Below, piece by piece: positions 19,729 to 30,723 of a DNA stretch of 64,000 bases. The first letter of the stretch is position 1, and each line of letters begins with the position of its first letter. The position numbers and the translations under genes are program-made. The notes below the pieces were generated by a model. It was given only the letters and a program-made list of their open reading frames with translations. It was not told where the DNA came from and did no database searches. Source of the stretch: Rhodospirillales bacterium (lineage in GTDB: Bacteria > Pseudomonadota > Alphaproteobacteria > JAJFIK01); NCBI GenBank assembly GCA_021775005.1, contig JAJFIK010000075.1:11086-75085 (forward strand), written 5' to 3'.

Positions 19729-20403
19729 ATGGATGACTACGTTGCCCGAGCGAGGGACAAGTTCCGCAGGGAACAAGTCTCACCTCATTATTCCGGGCGC
19801 CTGCACTTTGCCCTCACCTTGATCGTAACCCTTGCCGTGATTTCAGCCTCTCTGTGGTTCCTGAAAAGCCCCACATGGCTGGAATGGCTGACCGTGCCGA
19901 TCACCTTCGCCTATGCGAACCTGTCGGAATATTTTGGTCATCGCGGGCCCATGCACCACCCAACAAAGGGGCTGGGCCTGATCTACCGCCGCCACACGAT
20001 CGAACACCATTCGTTCTTTACCGACACTGAAGATACGATCGAAACGCCCGACGATTTTAAGGCCGTGATGTTCCCGCCCATCATGCTGCTCTTTTTCTTT
20101 GGCGCTTTCGCAACACCTGTGGCCGTCCTGATCTACTTCGTCTTGGGGCAGAATGTTGCGCTACTATTCGTTTTCACGTCGACAAGCTATTTTCTCATCT
20201 ACGAGCTTCTGCACCTTTGTTATCATCTGGACAAGACCTCATGGCCCGCCCGGCTGCCCTTTCTGAGCAAACTGCGCCATCATCACACGGTTCATCACAA
20301 CCGAGACCTCATGGCGGATTACAATTTCAATATTACGTTCCCGATCTGCGATGCAATCTTTGGAACGACCTACAGCCCCGATACAGCAGGCGATGAGAGC
20401 TGA
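19729..20403 (+). CDS. fatty acid hydroxylase / sterol desaturase superfamily membrane protein
   Basis: Histidine boxes HRGPMHH, HTIEHH and HHHTVHH. AAGGAG lies 6 nt upstream of ATG 19729; the ORF extends to 19693. Confidence 0.7.
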   Translation: MDDYVARARDKFRREQVSPHYSGRLHFALTLIVTLAVISASLWFLKSPTWLEWLTVPITFAYANLSEYFGHRGPMHHPTKGLGLIYRRHTIEHHSFFTDTEDTIETPDDFKAVMFPPIMLLFFFGAFATPVAVLIYFVLGQNVALLFVFTSTSYFLIYELLHLCYHLDKTSWPARLPFLSKLRHHHTVHHNRDLMADYNFNITFPICDAIFGTTYSPDTAGDES

Positions 20404-20478
20404 TCGATTTTCGATCACCAATTGGGCATCGCGCGCCTTGAGGCAGCCAAGAGAATCGGAGTTGGCTTATGGGATAGT

Positions 20479-20561
20479 GAAGCGCTACCCAAAGCTGGAC
20501 CAGTTGGCGGTAGATTCTCCACACTGTTGAAGTGCTCCCCGAATTTGGACCACCCGGCTGG
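20479..20561. repeat. short intergenic repeat, two diverged ~33-nt units (copy 1)
   Basis: The units are GAAGCGCTACCCAAAGCTGGACCAGTTGGCGG... and GAAGTGCTCCCCGAATTTGGACCACCCGGCTGG. The same units recur at 40810..40902 in the opposite orientation and order. Confidence 0.6.
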
Positions 20562-20895
20562 AGTATTTTCCGGGGTTATAGCTCAGGGCATTTGTGTGCC
20601 ATCGGAGCGGTTTATCAGTGATACCGGCGGTGCAGCCCAAGCCCTATGCAAGTCCAATCAGCTCCAAGCGGCGGCCATGGCGCAACCATAATGCTGACAA
20701 AGGGGCGGCAAACGGCAGCTTACCGCCTTTTTCCTGGAAAACATAACGCGCGTTAACGCGGCGCGCCCTCGGGCTGCAATTCTAATTAATCTTTATCATT
20801 TATCCTGACGGCAACCGATCAATTTGCGTGGCGAATATTTTTCACTGCAACAGAATTCACTGCAGGCGCCTGAAGCGCGCCCCAAGGAGGCGAAC

Positions 20896-23800
20896 GTGCA
20901 AACAGAACCGCGCGGTACACAAAAAAAGTATTTCAGCCCGCATCTACTGTCACTGCTTTCGAATCCACTCAGCGTTTTCTGCATATTATCGACCATTGGC
21001 ACGGTCGTTCTCCTTGCTGCGGTTTATTTTGTCGACACCGAACGCAAGCATGAGGCTGAACAGCTTGCGCGTCTTGCGCTATCAACTGTTTCCAACAGCT
21101 TCGCCGCAGAAATGGGCTCCTACTACGACGATATTATGATAATGTCGCGCACGGTTTCGACTTTGGACTTCATCAGAGAGCCGTCCGTTGAGTCGCGTCG
21201 ACATGCGGAACTTTCGCTCTTTGCTCTTGCCCAATCACACGTTGATTATATGCAACTTCGCTACATTGATGCGAGCGGACAAGAACAGATACGCGTCGAT
21301 AGAACTGGTGATAGGGTTGAAGTCGTTTCCGGTTCAGACCTTCAGAACAAGTCTAGCCGCGCGTATTTTCAGCACTCAGTCAATCTTGACCGCGGCGAAA
21401 TTTTTGTTTCCGAGTTGGATCTAAACGTTGAGCAAGGGGCCGTTCAGGTGCCCTGGCATCCTACGTTACGCATCGCAACTCCCATCTTTGCCGAAAGCGG
21501 CGAGCGTACCGGCGTCGTCGTTTTGAACATTTCAACTGCGGGCATTATTGGACAGATTCAGAACCCGCTGGTGAACCCGCATGTGCAAGTTTATCTCGCC
21601 AACGACCAAGGGTATTGGATCGGCGGGCGGGCGGACGAAGAGCTGTGGGGATTCATGTTTGGGCGGGAAGCCGTCGCGCAACAAGCCTTTGAGGGTGAAG
21701 TATGGCAGGCCGCACAAAACAGTCGCAGCGGCCTGGTGTGGCAAGGTGCCTCCCTGTTTTCCCATACCTGGCTTGACCCCGTTACACCCGAAACAAACAC
21801 GCCAGATGCGGTTGAAATTTTACCGGTTGAACGTTGGTTGCGGATCGCAAAGTTTCCCAACGTGGGACAATCGATTCTCGTCACGCCGGTGGTTTGGGGT
21901 ATCTGGCTGGTCATGCTTTTCGCCTTCGCCCTGACAAGCTGGAAAGTCAAGGAGGTAAATGACCAGCGCCGTGAAGTTTTGCTGCGGGAGCGCTTCCTAC
22001 AAACACTGATCGACAGCGCACCCGACGCGGTGATCACCATTGATGAAGCCGGGAAAATCACATCTTTCAGCCGCGCGGCGGAAAATATGTTCGGCTATTC
22101 CGAGCAAGAAGTAATTGGGCAGCCGGTGTCAATGCTGATGCCCGATGCCCTGGCGCAAAATCATCAGTCCTATATTACCAAGTATCTCAGCGCCCCCAGC
22201 TTTGCGCCCTCGGCAACGCGCCAAGCGCGCGAACTCATCGCGCAGCAAAAAAGCGGCAAGCAGATGCCGATTGGCCTGAACCTCGGCGACCTTGGTAGCG
22301 GCCAGGTCGGCCGTTTTGTTGCTATTATCCGCGACATTACCGAGCAGAAACAAGCCGAAGCGGATCTGACCCTCCGGCAACGTGAAGCGGAGATTGCCAA
22401 CAAGGCCAAATCCGCATTTCTTGCCAATATGAGCCACGAATTGCGAACACCGCTTAATGCGATCATCGGTTACAGCGAGATGCTGCTTGAAGAGGCCGAG
22501 GACGAAGAACAGAACGCGTTCGCTCCCGATCTGCAGCGCATCCGGCGCGCCGGGCGGCACTTGCTGGCCCTGATCAACGACGTGCTTGATCTTTCCAAGA
22601 TCGAAGCCGGAAAACTGGAACTCACTCCGGTAGATTTCAATCTTTCCGCGCTGGTGGAAGAAATCGAGAGCACATCAAAGTTCCTCGCCGACAAAAACAA
22701 TAATGTCCTGAATATCCAACAAGACCTATGCGGCCTCGCCACAGTTCGCGCCGATGAAATGAAGGTACGGCAGATCCTGTTCAATCTGGTCAATAATGCC
22801 TGCAAGTTCACCGTTGATGGCGAAATTTCCGTGATGATCAGCGCTGATCCCGCCGCGTCCAGGCTGAATTTTTCCGTGTCCGACACGGGGATTGGCATGA
22901 GCGAAGATTACCTCAAGAAACTCTTCACCGAGTTCTCCCAGGAAGAAAACCACATGCGCAAACAATTCGAGGGGACGGGCCTCGGACTCGCGATCTGCAA
23001 GAAGTTCGTCGAAATGATGGGTGGTGAGATCGCGGTCCAATCCACGAAAGACAAAGGCACGACTTTCTCCATCTGGGTGCCGTTTGAAGAGGCATCCGAA
23101 AAAGGTTCCGGCGCTCGTTCCAAATTCACCGCTTACCCCGCTCATGCCCCGCTTTTGGAGGGGCGCGAAGAACTCTTTGACGGACTTACGGTGCTTGTGG
23201 TCGATGACGACCCGAACGCGCGCGATCTTGTGACGCGCTATCTCATGCGCGAGGGGCTTCAGGTGGCGACCGCGTCCAGCGGCCGCGAAGGCCTGGCAAT
23301 GGCTGAAAAACTCCAACCCGATGCCATCGTTCTTGATCTAATGATGGATGATATGACGGGCTTTGAGGTTCTTGGGCGGCTCAAAAGCTCTTCCGATCTA
23401 AACGCCATTCCCGTTGTCATTTGTTCAATCATGGATGAGAAGGAACATGGCATTGCACTTGGCGCCGTGGATTATATGACCAAGCCCTTCGATGGGGATC
23501 AATTGATGATCACGCTCGAAAGGCACCTATTACCTGATTCAAACGCATCGATTCTGATCATCGAGGATGATAGGGATGCGCGGGATATTATGTCCCGCCA
23601 AGTGGCAAGCCTGGGGTTTGACGTCGTTGCCGCAGAGAACGGGGTCGTCGCCTTTGAACGGCTGCAGAACATGGACATCCCCGCGCTTATTCTTCTTGAT
23701 CTGATGATGCCGGAAATGAACGGATTTTCATTCCTGAATAATTTGCGAGACATTCCCGCGTATGACGACGTTCCCGTCATCGTCGTTTCCGCAAAGGAAT

Positions 23801-23955
23801 TGAGCGAGGAGGAGCGGCAACAACTCGTCTTGGATACCGAGCAAATCATCGAGAAGGGATCGGGCGACTTGAACGACTCGCTACGCAAGCTCCGCGGGTA
23901 TCTCTTCAAGAGTCTCAAAAACACAGGAAAAAAATCCAGGAAGGACGCAGCATGA
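20896..23955 (+). CDS. hybrid sensor histidine kinase (periplasmic Cache-like sensor, PAS, HisKA/HATPase, two C-terminal REC domains)
   Basis: Two TM segments flank a periplasmic domain of about 280 aa. PAS and the H-box MSHELRTPLN are followed by HATPase G-boxes and two receivers. AAGGAGG lies 5 nt upstream of GTG 20896; the ORF extends to 20824. Confidence 0.8.
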   Translation: MQTEPRGTQKKYFSPHLLSLLSNPLSVFCILSTIGTVVLLAAVYFVDTERKHEAEQLARLALSTVSNSFAAEMGSYYDDIMIMSRTVSTLDFIREPSVESRRHAELSLFALAQSHVDYMQLRYIDASGQEQIRVDRTGDRVEVVSGSDLQNKSSRAYFQHSVNLDRGEIFVSELDLNVEQGAVQVPWHPTLRIATPIFAESGERTGVVVLNISTAGIIGQIQNPLVNPHVQVYLANDQGYWIGGRADEELWGFMFGREAVAQQAFEGEVWQAAQNSRSGLVWQGASLFSHTWLDPVTPETNTPDAVEILPVERWLRIAKFPNVGQSILVTPVVWGIWLVMLFAFALTSWKVKEVNDQRREVLLRERFLQTLIDSAPDAVITIDEAGKITSFSRAAENMFGYSEQEVIGQPVSMLMPDALAQNHQSYITKYLSAPSFAPSATRQARELIAQQKSGKQMPIGLNLGDLGSGQVGRFVAIIRDITEQKQAEADLTLRQREAEIANKAKSAFLANMSHELRTPLNAIIGYSEMLLEEAEDEEQNAFAPDLQRIRRAGRHLLALINDVLDLSKIEAGKLELTPVDFNLSALVEEIESTSKFLADKNNNVLNIQQDLCGLATVRADEMKVRQILFNLVNNACKFTVDGEISVMISADPAASRLNFSVSDTGIGMSEDYLKKLFTEFSQEENHMRKQFEGTGLGLAICKKFVEMMGGEIAVQSTKDKGTTFSIWVPFEEASEKGSGARSKFTAYPAHAPLLEGREELFDGLTVLVVDDDPNARDLVTRYLMREGLQVATASSGREGLAMAEKLQPDAIVLDLMMDDMTGFEVLGRLKSSSDLNAIPVVICSIMDEKEHGIALGAVDYMTKPFDGDQLMITLERHLLPDSNASILIIEDDRDARDIMSRQVASLGFDVVAAENGVVAFERLQNMDIPALILLDLMMPEMNGFSFLNNLRDIPAYDDVPVIVVSAKELSEEERQQLVLDTEQIIEKGSGDLNDSLRKLRGYLFKSLKNTGKKSRKDAA

Positions 23956-24341
23956 GCACCCTGTTGATCGTCGAAGACAATGAAATGAACCGGGATATGC
24001 TGACGCGGCGACTTGCGCGGCGCGGGTACGGGATTGCTCATGCGGAAAACGGGCAGGAAGCAGTTGACTACGTGAAGGGCCAATCTGTGGATTTAATTCT
24101 GATGGATGTCAGCCTGCCGGTCCTTGATGGCCTGCAGGCCACGCGGCTGATCAAGGCTGACCCTGGAACGAGCGGCATTCCCATCATTGTCATAACTGCA
24201 AATGCGACAACAGAGGATCGGACAAAGGCGTTCGAAGCCGGTTGCGACGACTACCAAACCAAGCCCGTGGATTTAGACGAGTTACTGGCAAAGTTATCAA
24301 AATACTTGCCGAGCGAACCGGGCAAGGCAGCAAATGCCTGA
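23952..24341 (+). CDS. single-domain response regulator (CheY-like receiver)
   Basis: LLIVEDNEMNRDML...DLILMDVSLPVLDG...TKP. ATGA overlap with the upstream kinase. Confidence 0.85.
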   Translation: MSTLLIVEDNEMNRDMLTRRLARRGYGIAHAENGQEAVDYVKGQSVDLILMDVSLPVLDGLQATRLIKADPGTSGIPIIVITANATTEDRTKAFEAGCDDYQTKPVDLDELLAKLSKYLPSEPGKAANA

Positions 24342-26784
24342 GGCGCTGCCCAACATACTGGTCGTTGATGATAACCCCGACAACCGCGATTTAATCTCTC
24401 GGCGCCTGCTCCGGTACGGCTACACCGTCCAAACCGTTGACGATGGGTGGGCCGCGCTTGAGGCCATAAAAAGCGGTCGATTTGACGCCGTTTTGCTGGA
24501 CGTCATGATGCCAGGTATCGATGGATTTGAAGTTCTGCGCCGCATTCGGACCACCACATCGAAGACTGACTTGCCGGTTATCATCGTCACCGCAAAGCAC
24601 GACAGTGACAGTGTCGTCACCGCCCTTGAAACGGGCGCAAACGATTACACCTCCAAGCCAATCAACTTTAAGATCCTGCGCGCGCGGCTTGAAAATCAGG
24701 TCGCCTTAAAGCGCGCCGAGGACGGGCTGAAAGCGCTAAACGAATCCTTGGAAATCACTGTTCTCAAGCGGACCACAGATCTTGTGGAGACGAACGAGAA
24801 GCTTACCGAAGTGATCCAGGAACGGACACGCGCGGCGGACGAGCTGGAGAAAAAGGAGCGACAGCTTCAGGGGTTGATCGATTGCGTGCCGGACGGTGTT
24901 ATTACCATCACCGAGGACCGCCTTATTTCAGGGTTCAGCCCGGCCGCTCAAAAAATGTTTGGCTACAACGAACAAGAGATTCTGGGTCAGCCGGTTACCG
25001 CGTTGATCGCGCCGGATGACTGCGAGGGATATGCCCAACACCTTGAACACTTTCTTTCCAAACCCCAAACGGCGCAACCCATCACCATAGCGCCGTACGA
25101 CCTGCTGGCCATGAAATCCGACGGCCGCACTCTTCCCATCGACATCAGTCTGGGTGATCTGGGCTCCGGCCGGGACAGCCGCCTTGTTTTAGTTGTCCGC
25201 GACATCACAGAACGTAAGCGCTCGGAAGCGGAACTGCGCGAGGCGCACCAGCGGACCCGGCTCCTACTTGCCTCCGTCGCCGATGGCGTTGTCGGCCTGG
25301 ATGAAGAGGGCGAAACCACCTTCATGAACAGCGCAGCGCTGGATATTCTGAAACTCAAGGTAGACGCATCCGTCGGAAAACCTTTTCGCAATTTCATTAA
25401 GCCGACCAACATCGATCATGACTCCCACGGTGATGCCGGGGCATTGATCGAAGACGCATTCCGGAGCGGTGGGCGCAGCTCCCGTCAGCGCGCCCAGTTC
25501 CTCGATTCAGGAGGCACACCCATCGACGTTGAATTCGTTGCGGCGCCCCTCAACCAAGGTAATGCTCTGGTCGGTGCCGTGATTGCCTTCAACGACGTGA
25601 CCACCCAATTGAAAACTGAGGCGCAGCTTCGCCAGGCCGTAAAGATGGAAGCGATCGGACGACTCACGGGGGGCGTTGCCCATGATTTCAACAATGTGCT
25701 GACGATCATTATTGGTAATCTTCAGCTTCTCGAACGGCGCCTGTCATCGGACGAGAACTCGCTTTCGCGCATCGAAAGAATTCTGGCCGCTGCCAACAGC
25801 GCCGGCGATCTGACTAAACGGTTGCTCGGCCTTTCGCGGCAAGAGGTTATTGAGACGAAAGCAGTGGACGTCAATGAAATTGTTACGAGAATGACGGCGC
25901 TTCTTGAACGTAGTCTCGGCCCCAACATCAAGATAGAGACGGCGCTCGCGGCCGATCTCGTTCCGGCCTTGACCGACCCAAGCGAGTTCGAAAACGCCCT
26001 TCTCAATCTCTGCGTCAACGCGCGCGACGCCATGCCGGATGGTGGTACGCTGATTATTGAGACCAAATTGAACGACCACATGGTTTCCTCCCATGAATCC
26101 GGCGATATACCGAGCGGGCAATTCATCGAGCTTGCTGTAACGGACAACGGCTGCGGCATGGACGCCGAAACGAGGGAAATGATCTTCGAGCCCTTCTTCA
26201 CCACCAAGGCACCTGGCAAGGGAACGGGCCTTGGCCTGGCCTCTACCTTCGGTTTTGTGAAGCAGTCAGGCGGTCATATGACGGTCTATAGTGAACTCGG
26301 CCAAGGCACCACCTTCCGGCTCTACTTCCCGCTCGCTGATAAGAACGCTCCTGTTGAAACCGGAAGCCTTACCCCCGTAGAGACACAATCCTCTGAGGGT
26401 TTGACCGTGCTCGTGGTCGATGATGAGCCTGGCGTGCGCGAGTTCGCCGTGGCTGCACTCCAAGAGATGGGTTGCATCACGCTGGAAGCCGCCAACGCAG
26501 AAGCTGCGCTTGAAATCTTCGCCAAACGGCCGGGCATCGATGTCGTCCTCAGTGACATCATCATGCCCGGCAGCATGGATGGCGTCGCGCTGGCACATCA
26601 TCTCCGCGCCCAGCGGAAAGATCTCGGCATCATGCTGGTATCCGGCTTCACCGAACACCGCATCAAGAACAATAACGACCTGCCGGAAGGGTGCGTCTTC
26701 CTGCCCAAGCCCTATCGCTTTGAGGATATTGCAAAGCATCTGCCGCAAGTGTCCGGAGGCGTTGCACGCGCCACCGCGCGTTGA
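24334..26784 (+). CDS. hybrid histidine kinase (REC, 2x PAS, HisKA with AHDFNN H-box, HATPase, C-terminal REC)
   Basis: N-terminal receiver, then an H-box [14 protein letters not shown] of CckA/LuxQ type, G-boxes and a C-terminal receiver. An 8-nt overlap with the upstream RR. Confidence 0.8.
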   Translation: MPEALPNILVVDDNPDNRDLISRRLLRYGYTVQTVDDGWAALEAIKSGRFDAVLLDVMMPGIDGFEVLRRIRTTTSKTDLPVIIVTAKHDSDSVVTALETGANDYTSKPINFKILRARLENQVALKRAEDGLKALNESLEITVLKRTTDLVETNEKLTEVIQERTRAADELEKKERQLQGLIDCVPDGVITITEDRLISGFSPAAQKMFGYNEQEILGQPVTALIAPDDCEGYAQHLEHFLSKPQTAQPITIAPYDLLAMKSDGRTLPIDISLGDLGSGRDSRLVLVVRDITERKRSEAELREAHQRTRLLLASVADGVVGLDEEGETTFMNSAALDILKLKVDASVGKPFRNFIKPTNIDHDSHGDAGALIEDAFRSGGRSSRQRAQFLDSGGTPIDVEFVAAPLNQGNALVGAVIAFNDVTTQLKTEAQLRQAVKMEAIGRLTGGVAHDFNNVLTIIIGNLQLLERRLSSDENSLSRIERILAAANSAGDLTKRLLGLSRQEVIETKAVDVNEIVTRMTALLERSLGPNIKIETALAADLVPALTDPSEFENALLNLCVNARDAMPDGGTLIIETKLNDHMVSSHESGDIPSGQFIELAVTDNGCGMDAETREMIFEPFFTTKAPGKGTGLGLASTFGFVKQSGGHMTVYSELGQGTTFRLYFPLADKNAPVETGSLTPVETQSSEGLTVLVVDDEPGVREFAVAALQEMGCITLEAANAEAALEIFAKRPGIDVVLSDIIMPGSMDGVALAHHLRAQRKDLGIMLVSGFTEHRIKNNNDLPEGCVFLPKPYRFEDIAKHLPQVSGGVARATAR

Positions 26785-27031
26785 CGCGGGCACCGCCCTT
26801 CAAAAAAATCCAATAAGTCTTAATGCGGCTTAACCTTGACCACTTCGGTGCGCCTCGCGCACCGGAAATTATCGGCATCGGGTCGCGCCTTTCGCGACGG
26901 ACTTTAAGACCAACTTAATGGGGCACAGTTAAACTTGTAATAATTGGGACACATGGGGTGCCTTATTGACCCCAGCAGAGATTTCGCTCTTCGCTACAAT
27001 CCGAGTGCCATTTAGCGACTGACGAAATGAA

Positions 27032-28264
27032 TTGGTGGAGTTTTTTGTGGGAAACACATCGCCTTCAGCTCGTGCACTCATCTTGGATGATGAGTTCGAG
27101 ATTCGGGAGCTCCTGAATGAAGTGGTTTCTGAGGTCGGGTACGACGTGGTCGAAACCGATAGTGCGGAAGTGTTTTTTTCCCAGATCGAAGAGTTCGATC
27201 CCACCATCGTTTTCGTCGACCTGATGATGCCGGACATCGACGGTGTAGAGATTCTGCGGCAGCTCGGTGAGCGGCGCGTCAAATGCGGCATCGTCATCAT
27301 GAGCGGCGCGCATTCCAAAATCCTCTCGACCGCCAGTGACCTTGGCAAGAAGCATGGGCTTCAGATCAAGAAGTGCCTCAGCAAACCGATTGACGTGAAC
27401 AGCCTGCAAAACGATCTGCTGCAGTGGCGCGGATCGGAACTCACCCCGACAATACAAGAGATACGGTCAGGCCTGGCAAAAGGCGAATTCGAACTGCACT
27501 TGCAGCCCAAGATTCAGGTCAAACGCGCCTTTGGCTTTCCCATCGACTCCGCCGAAGGGCTGATACGTTGGCACCACCCCGCGCAGGGGACGCTTCTGCC
27601 CGCCAAATTCCTCGGCTTGATGGAGGAAAGCGGCCTGATGGGCGAGCTCACGGATTATGTGCTGAAACAGGCCATCGGAATCGCTAAAGCGCTAAAGGAA
27701 GTCAATTCCGATATTTCCCTCGCCGTCAATATTCCCGCAGAGTCGTTCGAGGAGAGCGGCTTTGTCGACAACCTGACGACCGATGTTGTCGCAGCTGGCC
27801 TTCAACCTCAGGCGTTCACGCTGGAGGTAACGGAGCGGGCACGGGTTTCGGAGAACGCGGATACGCTTGAGAATCTGACAAGGTTTCGCCTCAAAGGCTT
27901 CGGCCTTTCCATGGATGACTTTGGTACGGGATTTTCGTCCCTTGTCGATCTTCACCGCCTTCCCTTCAACGAGCTGAAGATGGATCGCGCCTTCATCGCG
28001 TTGATCGATGAAAGCAAAGAGTCCCGGGCCATCGTGAGTGCCCTCACCGGCCTTGCCAGGACTCTGGGGCTTTCTGTCTGTGCCGAGGGGGTCGAGACCT
28101 ATGGAACGCTCGAGTTTCTCGAAAATATTGATTGCCATTCCGCACAGGGGTTCTTCATATCAAAAGCGCTTCCCTTTGAAGATTTTCTCGCCTTCAAGAG
28201 ACATTGGGAAAGCCGCTGGGCTAATACCGACTTCCAACCAAATGAAATCGAAGCCACGCAATAG
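27032..28264 (+). CDS. response regulator with EAL domain (putative c-di-GMP phosphodiesterase)
   Basis: REC domain ALILDDEFEIRELL...VFVDLMMPDIDG, then EAL-type motifs ELHLQPKIQ and DDFGTGFSSL. The ORF begins with TTG at 27032. GTG at 27035 or 27050 is also a possible start. Confidence 0.75.
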   Translation: MVEFFVGNTSPSARALILDDEFEIRELLNEVVSEVGYDVVETDSAEVFFSQIEEFDPTIVFVDLMMPDIDGVEILRQLGERRVKCGIVIMSGAHSKILSTASDLGKKHGLQIKKCLSKPIDVNSLQNDLLQWRGSELTPTIQEIRSGLAKGEFELHLQPKIQVKRAFGFPIDSAEGLIRWHHPAQGTLLPAKFLGLMEESGLMGELTDYVLKQAIGIAKALKEVNSDISLAVNIPAESFEESGFVDNLTTDVVAAGLQPQAFTLEVTERARVSENADTLENLTRFRLKGFGLSMDDFGTGFSSLVDLHRLPFNELKMDRAFIALIDESKESRAIVSALTGLARTLGLSVCAEGVETYGTLEFLENIDCHSAQGFFISKALPFEDFLAFKRHWESRWANTDFQPNEIEATQ

Positions 28265-28393
28265 ATGTGCCGGCGGTAGCGGCAGTCAGAAACAAGTGAA
28301 CCTCTTAGATCCTTTGAGGCAGAAAATCTTGACGTCCTATGGGGCGGATAGTGTTTGGTAAGGGCAGGGATTACCGAAGCCTCGAAACGAGCT

Positions 28394-29095
28394 TTAGTAT
28401 TTAGTTGGATATGTCTCATCAAACGCATAGCCGGCGGAGCGCACAGTACGGATGGGATCTTTCTCGCCCGGCTCATTAAGTGCCTTGCGCAAGCGGCCCA
28501 CATGAACATCAACGGTTCGGTCTTCGACATAGATGTCTGAGCCCCAAGCTGCGTCAAGTAGTTGTTCCCGCGTAAAAACACGCCCCGGATGACCAAGGAA
28601 GTGTTCGAGCAAGCGATATTCGGTTGGGCCGAGACGAATGTTGCGCGCACCCCGCCGCACCCGATGACAGGAGCGGTCGAGTTCGATATCGCCAAAGGTA
28701 ATCAAATCCTCAGCGGCAGCCGGTCGCACGCGGCGCATGATGGCGCGGATGCGCGCCAAAAATTCCGGCATCGAAAACGGCTTGGTGATATAGTCATCCG
28801 CACCAATGTCCAGCCCCCGCACACGGTCCGCTTCTTCACTACGCGCCGTCAGCATGATGATGGGAAGGTTGGCGGTCTCAGTTCGTTGCCGCAGGCGGCG
28901 GCAAATTTCCAGACCCGAGAACTGCGGCAGCATCCAGTCCAGGACGGCGAGGTTCAGCTCTTCTTCTTCCGCCAGCAGCATGGCTTCCTCACCACCACCG
29001 GCTTGCAAGACGCGGTAGCCCTCGCTTTCCAGATTGTAGACAAGCAGCGTCATCAAATCCGTATCGTCTTCAACCACAAGCACATTGGGTTTCAT
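28394..29095 (-). CDS. phoB: phosphate regulon response regulator PhoB (OmpR family)
   Basis: REC plus winged-helix domain, positioned after phoU in the pst operon. Confidence 0.85.
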   Translation of the reverse strand: MKPNVLVVEDDTDLMTLLVYNLESEGYRVLQAGGGEEAMLLAEEEELNLAVLDWMLPQFSGLEICRRLRQRTETANLPIIMLTARSEEADRVRGLDIGADDYITKPFSMPEFLARIRAIMRRVRPAAAEDLITFGDIELDRSCHRVRRGARNIRLGPTEYRLLEHFLGHPGRVFTREQLLDAAWGSDIYVEDRTVDVHVGRLRKALNEPGEKDPIRTVRSAGYAFDETYPTKY

Positions 29096-29100
29096 GGCGG

Positions 29101-29835
29101 CTACCCGTTCTGATCTTCGGCATCAGGCGAAGGGTGCACGCCTGCGAAATCTTCAGGTGCCCCTTTGGGGCGGCTCTCAGCCAGGTACTGCCCTTCTTGA
29201 ATGAAATAAATCGTTTCGGCAATCTTGGTTGCGTGATCGCCGATGCGTTCCAAATTCTTGGCAATGAACAAAAGATGGGTACACAGACCAATCGTGCGCG
29301 GGTCTTCCATCATATAGGTCAAAAACTCCCGCAACAAAGAATTGTACAGCTCGTCAATGTCTTCATCCTGCGCCCAGACGTTCATCGCCGCGGCCACGTC
29401 GCGCGTGACATAAGCGTCGAGCACATCCTTGAGCTGGACGAGCGATTGCCGCCCCATGCGCACAAGACCTTTGGTCAGGCTAACGGGTTCCTGCCGGTTC
29501 AGCACCAGCGCACGCTTGGCGACGTTTTTGGCCAAATCACCGATGCGTTCCAGATCTGAGGCGATTTTGATCGGTCCCATGATCTCTCGTAAATCCCGGC
29601 CCATGGGTTGGCGGAGCGCCAAAGTTTGCACTGCGGCGGCATCGACCTCCTGTTGGAGAAGGTTGATCTGATCATCTTTCTCAACAGTCTTTGAAGCCAG
29701 GGCCGAATCTCTGCGTGAGATAGCACTCAAGGCGTTTGCCACTTGTTCCTCGGCAAGCCCGCCCATTTGCGCGATCTGCGCGGACAGGCTTTCCATTTCA
29801 TCATCAAGCGTTATGTGAGGCGTGTTGACCATCAA
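29101..29835 (-). CDS. phoU: phosphate signalling complex protein PhoU
   Basis: Two PhoU repeats with RIGDHATKIAE/RIGDLAKNVA motifs. Confidence 0.85.
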   Translation of the reverse strand: MMVNTPHITLDDEMESLSAQIAQMGGLAEEQVANALSAISRRDSALASKTVEKDDQINLLQQEVDAAAVQTLALRQPMGRDLREIMGPIKIASDLERIGDLAKNVAKRALVLNRQEPVSLTKGLVRMGRQSLVQLKDVLDAYVTRDVAAAMNVWAQDEDIDELYNSLLREFLTYMMEDPRTIGLCTHLLFIAKNLERIGDHATKIAETIYFIQEGQYLAESRPKGAPEDFAGVHPSPDAEDQNG

Positions 29836-29856
29836 AGGCCTCCTTCGTTGCGCACT

Positions 29857-30723
29857 CTACCCAAACCGGCCGGAGATGTAATCTTGCGTTTTTTGCTGAA
29901 GCGGATTTGAAAACACATCTGCCGTATCCCCCGCCTCGATCAACGTTCCCATATGGAAGAATGCCGTGCGCTGTGATACCCGCGCTGCCTGCTGCATGGA
30001 ATGGGTCACAATGACAATGCAATAGTTTTCTCTGAGCTCATGAATCAGCTCTTCGATGCGGCCAGTGGCAATGGGGTCGAGCGCGGAGGCGGGCTCATCC
30101 ATCAAAATCACTTCGGGGCTGACGGCGATGGCTCGGGCAATCACCAAGCGCTGTTGCTGACCACCCGAAAGACTGGTGCCTGAGTCTTGTAGCCGGTCTT
30201 TAACTTCATCCCAGAGACCGGCTTTTTGCAAGCTGATCTCAACGATCTCATCCAACGCCTCTTTGGAGAGGGCAATGCCGTGGATGCGCGGGCCATAGGC
30301 CACATTGTCGTAAACCGATTTTGGAAAGGGGTTGGGTTTTTGAAAAACCATTCCTACCTGCGCGCGCAATTGCACCGGGTCGACATTTCCTTTGTAGATG
30401 TCTGTGCCGTCGAAAAGGATATCCCCCTCCATACGCGCGCCGAGAATAGCGTCATTCATGCGGTTCATGGTGCGCAGGAAGGTTGACTTGCCGCATCCGC
30501 TGGGGCCGATGAGCGCGGTCACCGTTCTGTCCGGGATTTCCAGATCCACATCGAACAACGCCTGTTTGCTGCCGTACCACATGTTCACACCGCGTGCGCT
30601 GATCTTGATTTCGGCTATCGCCTCCGCACGACCTGCTGGCCGATCAATGAGAAGAGGGGCCACATTGGATAGCTTCCCAGATGCGGACAAGTCGAGGTTC
30701 AGGTCCGTCAACATATCTACCAC
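29857..30723 (-). CDS. pstB: phosphate ABC transporter ATP-binding protein PstB
   Basis: Walker [13 protein letters not shown] signature LSGGQQQR, Walker B ILMDEP. The start is uncertain; M48 MWYGSK is an alternative. Confidence 0.85.
   Translation of the reverse strand: MVDMLTDLNLDLSASGKLSNVAPLLIDRPAGRAEAIAEIKISARGVNMWYGSKQALFDVDLEIPDRTVTALIGPSGCGKSTFLRTMNRMNDAILGARMEGDILFDGTDIYKGNVDPVQLRAQVGMVFQKPNPFPKSVYDNVAYGPRIHGIALSKEALDEIVEISLQKAGLWDEVKDRLQDSGTSLSGGQQQRLVIARAIAVSPEVILMDEPASALDPIATGRIEELIHELRENYCIVIVTHSMQQAARVSQRTAFFHMGTLIEAGDTADVFSNPLQQKTQDYISGRFG

Noticed and set aside
20422-20691. 89-aa ORF (and its counterpart 40720..40965 on the - strand) sharing the peptide LP(K/N)AGPVGGRFS
   Set aside because: The shared peptide is simply the translation of the short DNA repeat unit in opposite genomic contexts. 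There are no start or RBS signals and the repeat is in swapped order at the two sites, so I treat it as a non-coding repeat.
20730-20760. Shared 11-mer CGCGCGTTAAC between 20737 and 45735, as a possible repeat family
   Set aside because: Hundreds of chance 11-mer matches are expected within a 64-kb window, and there is no extended similarity around them.
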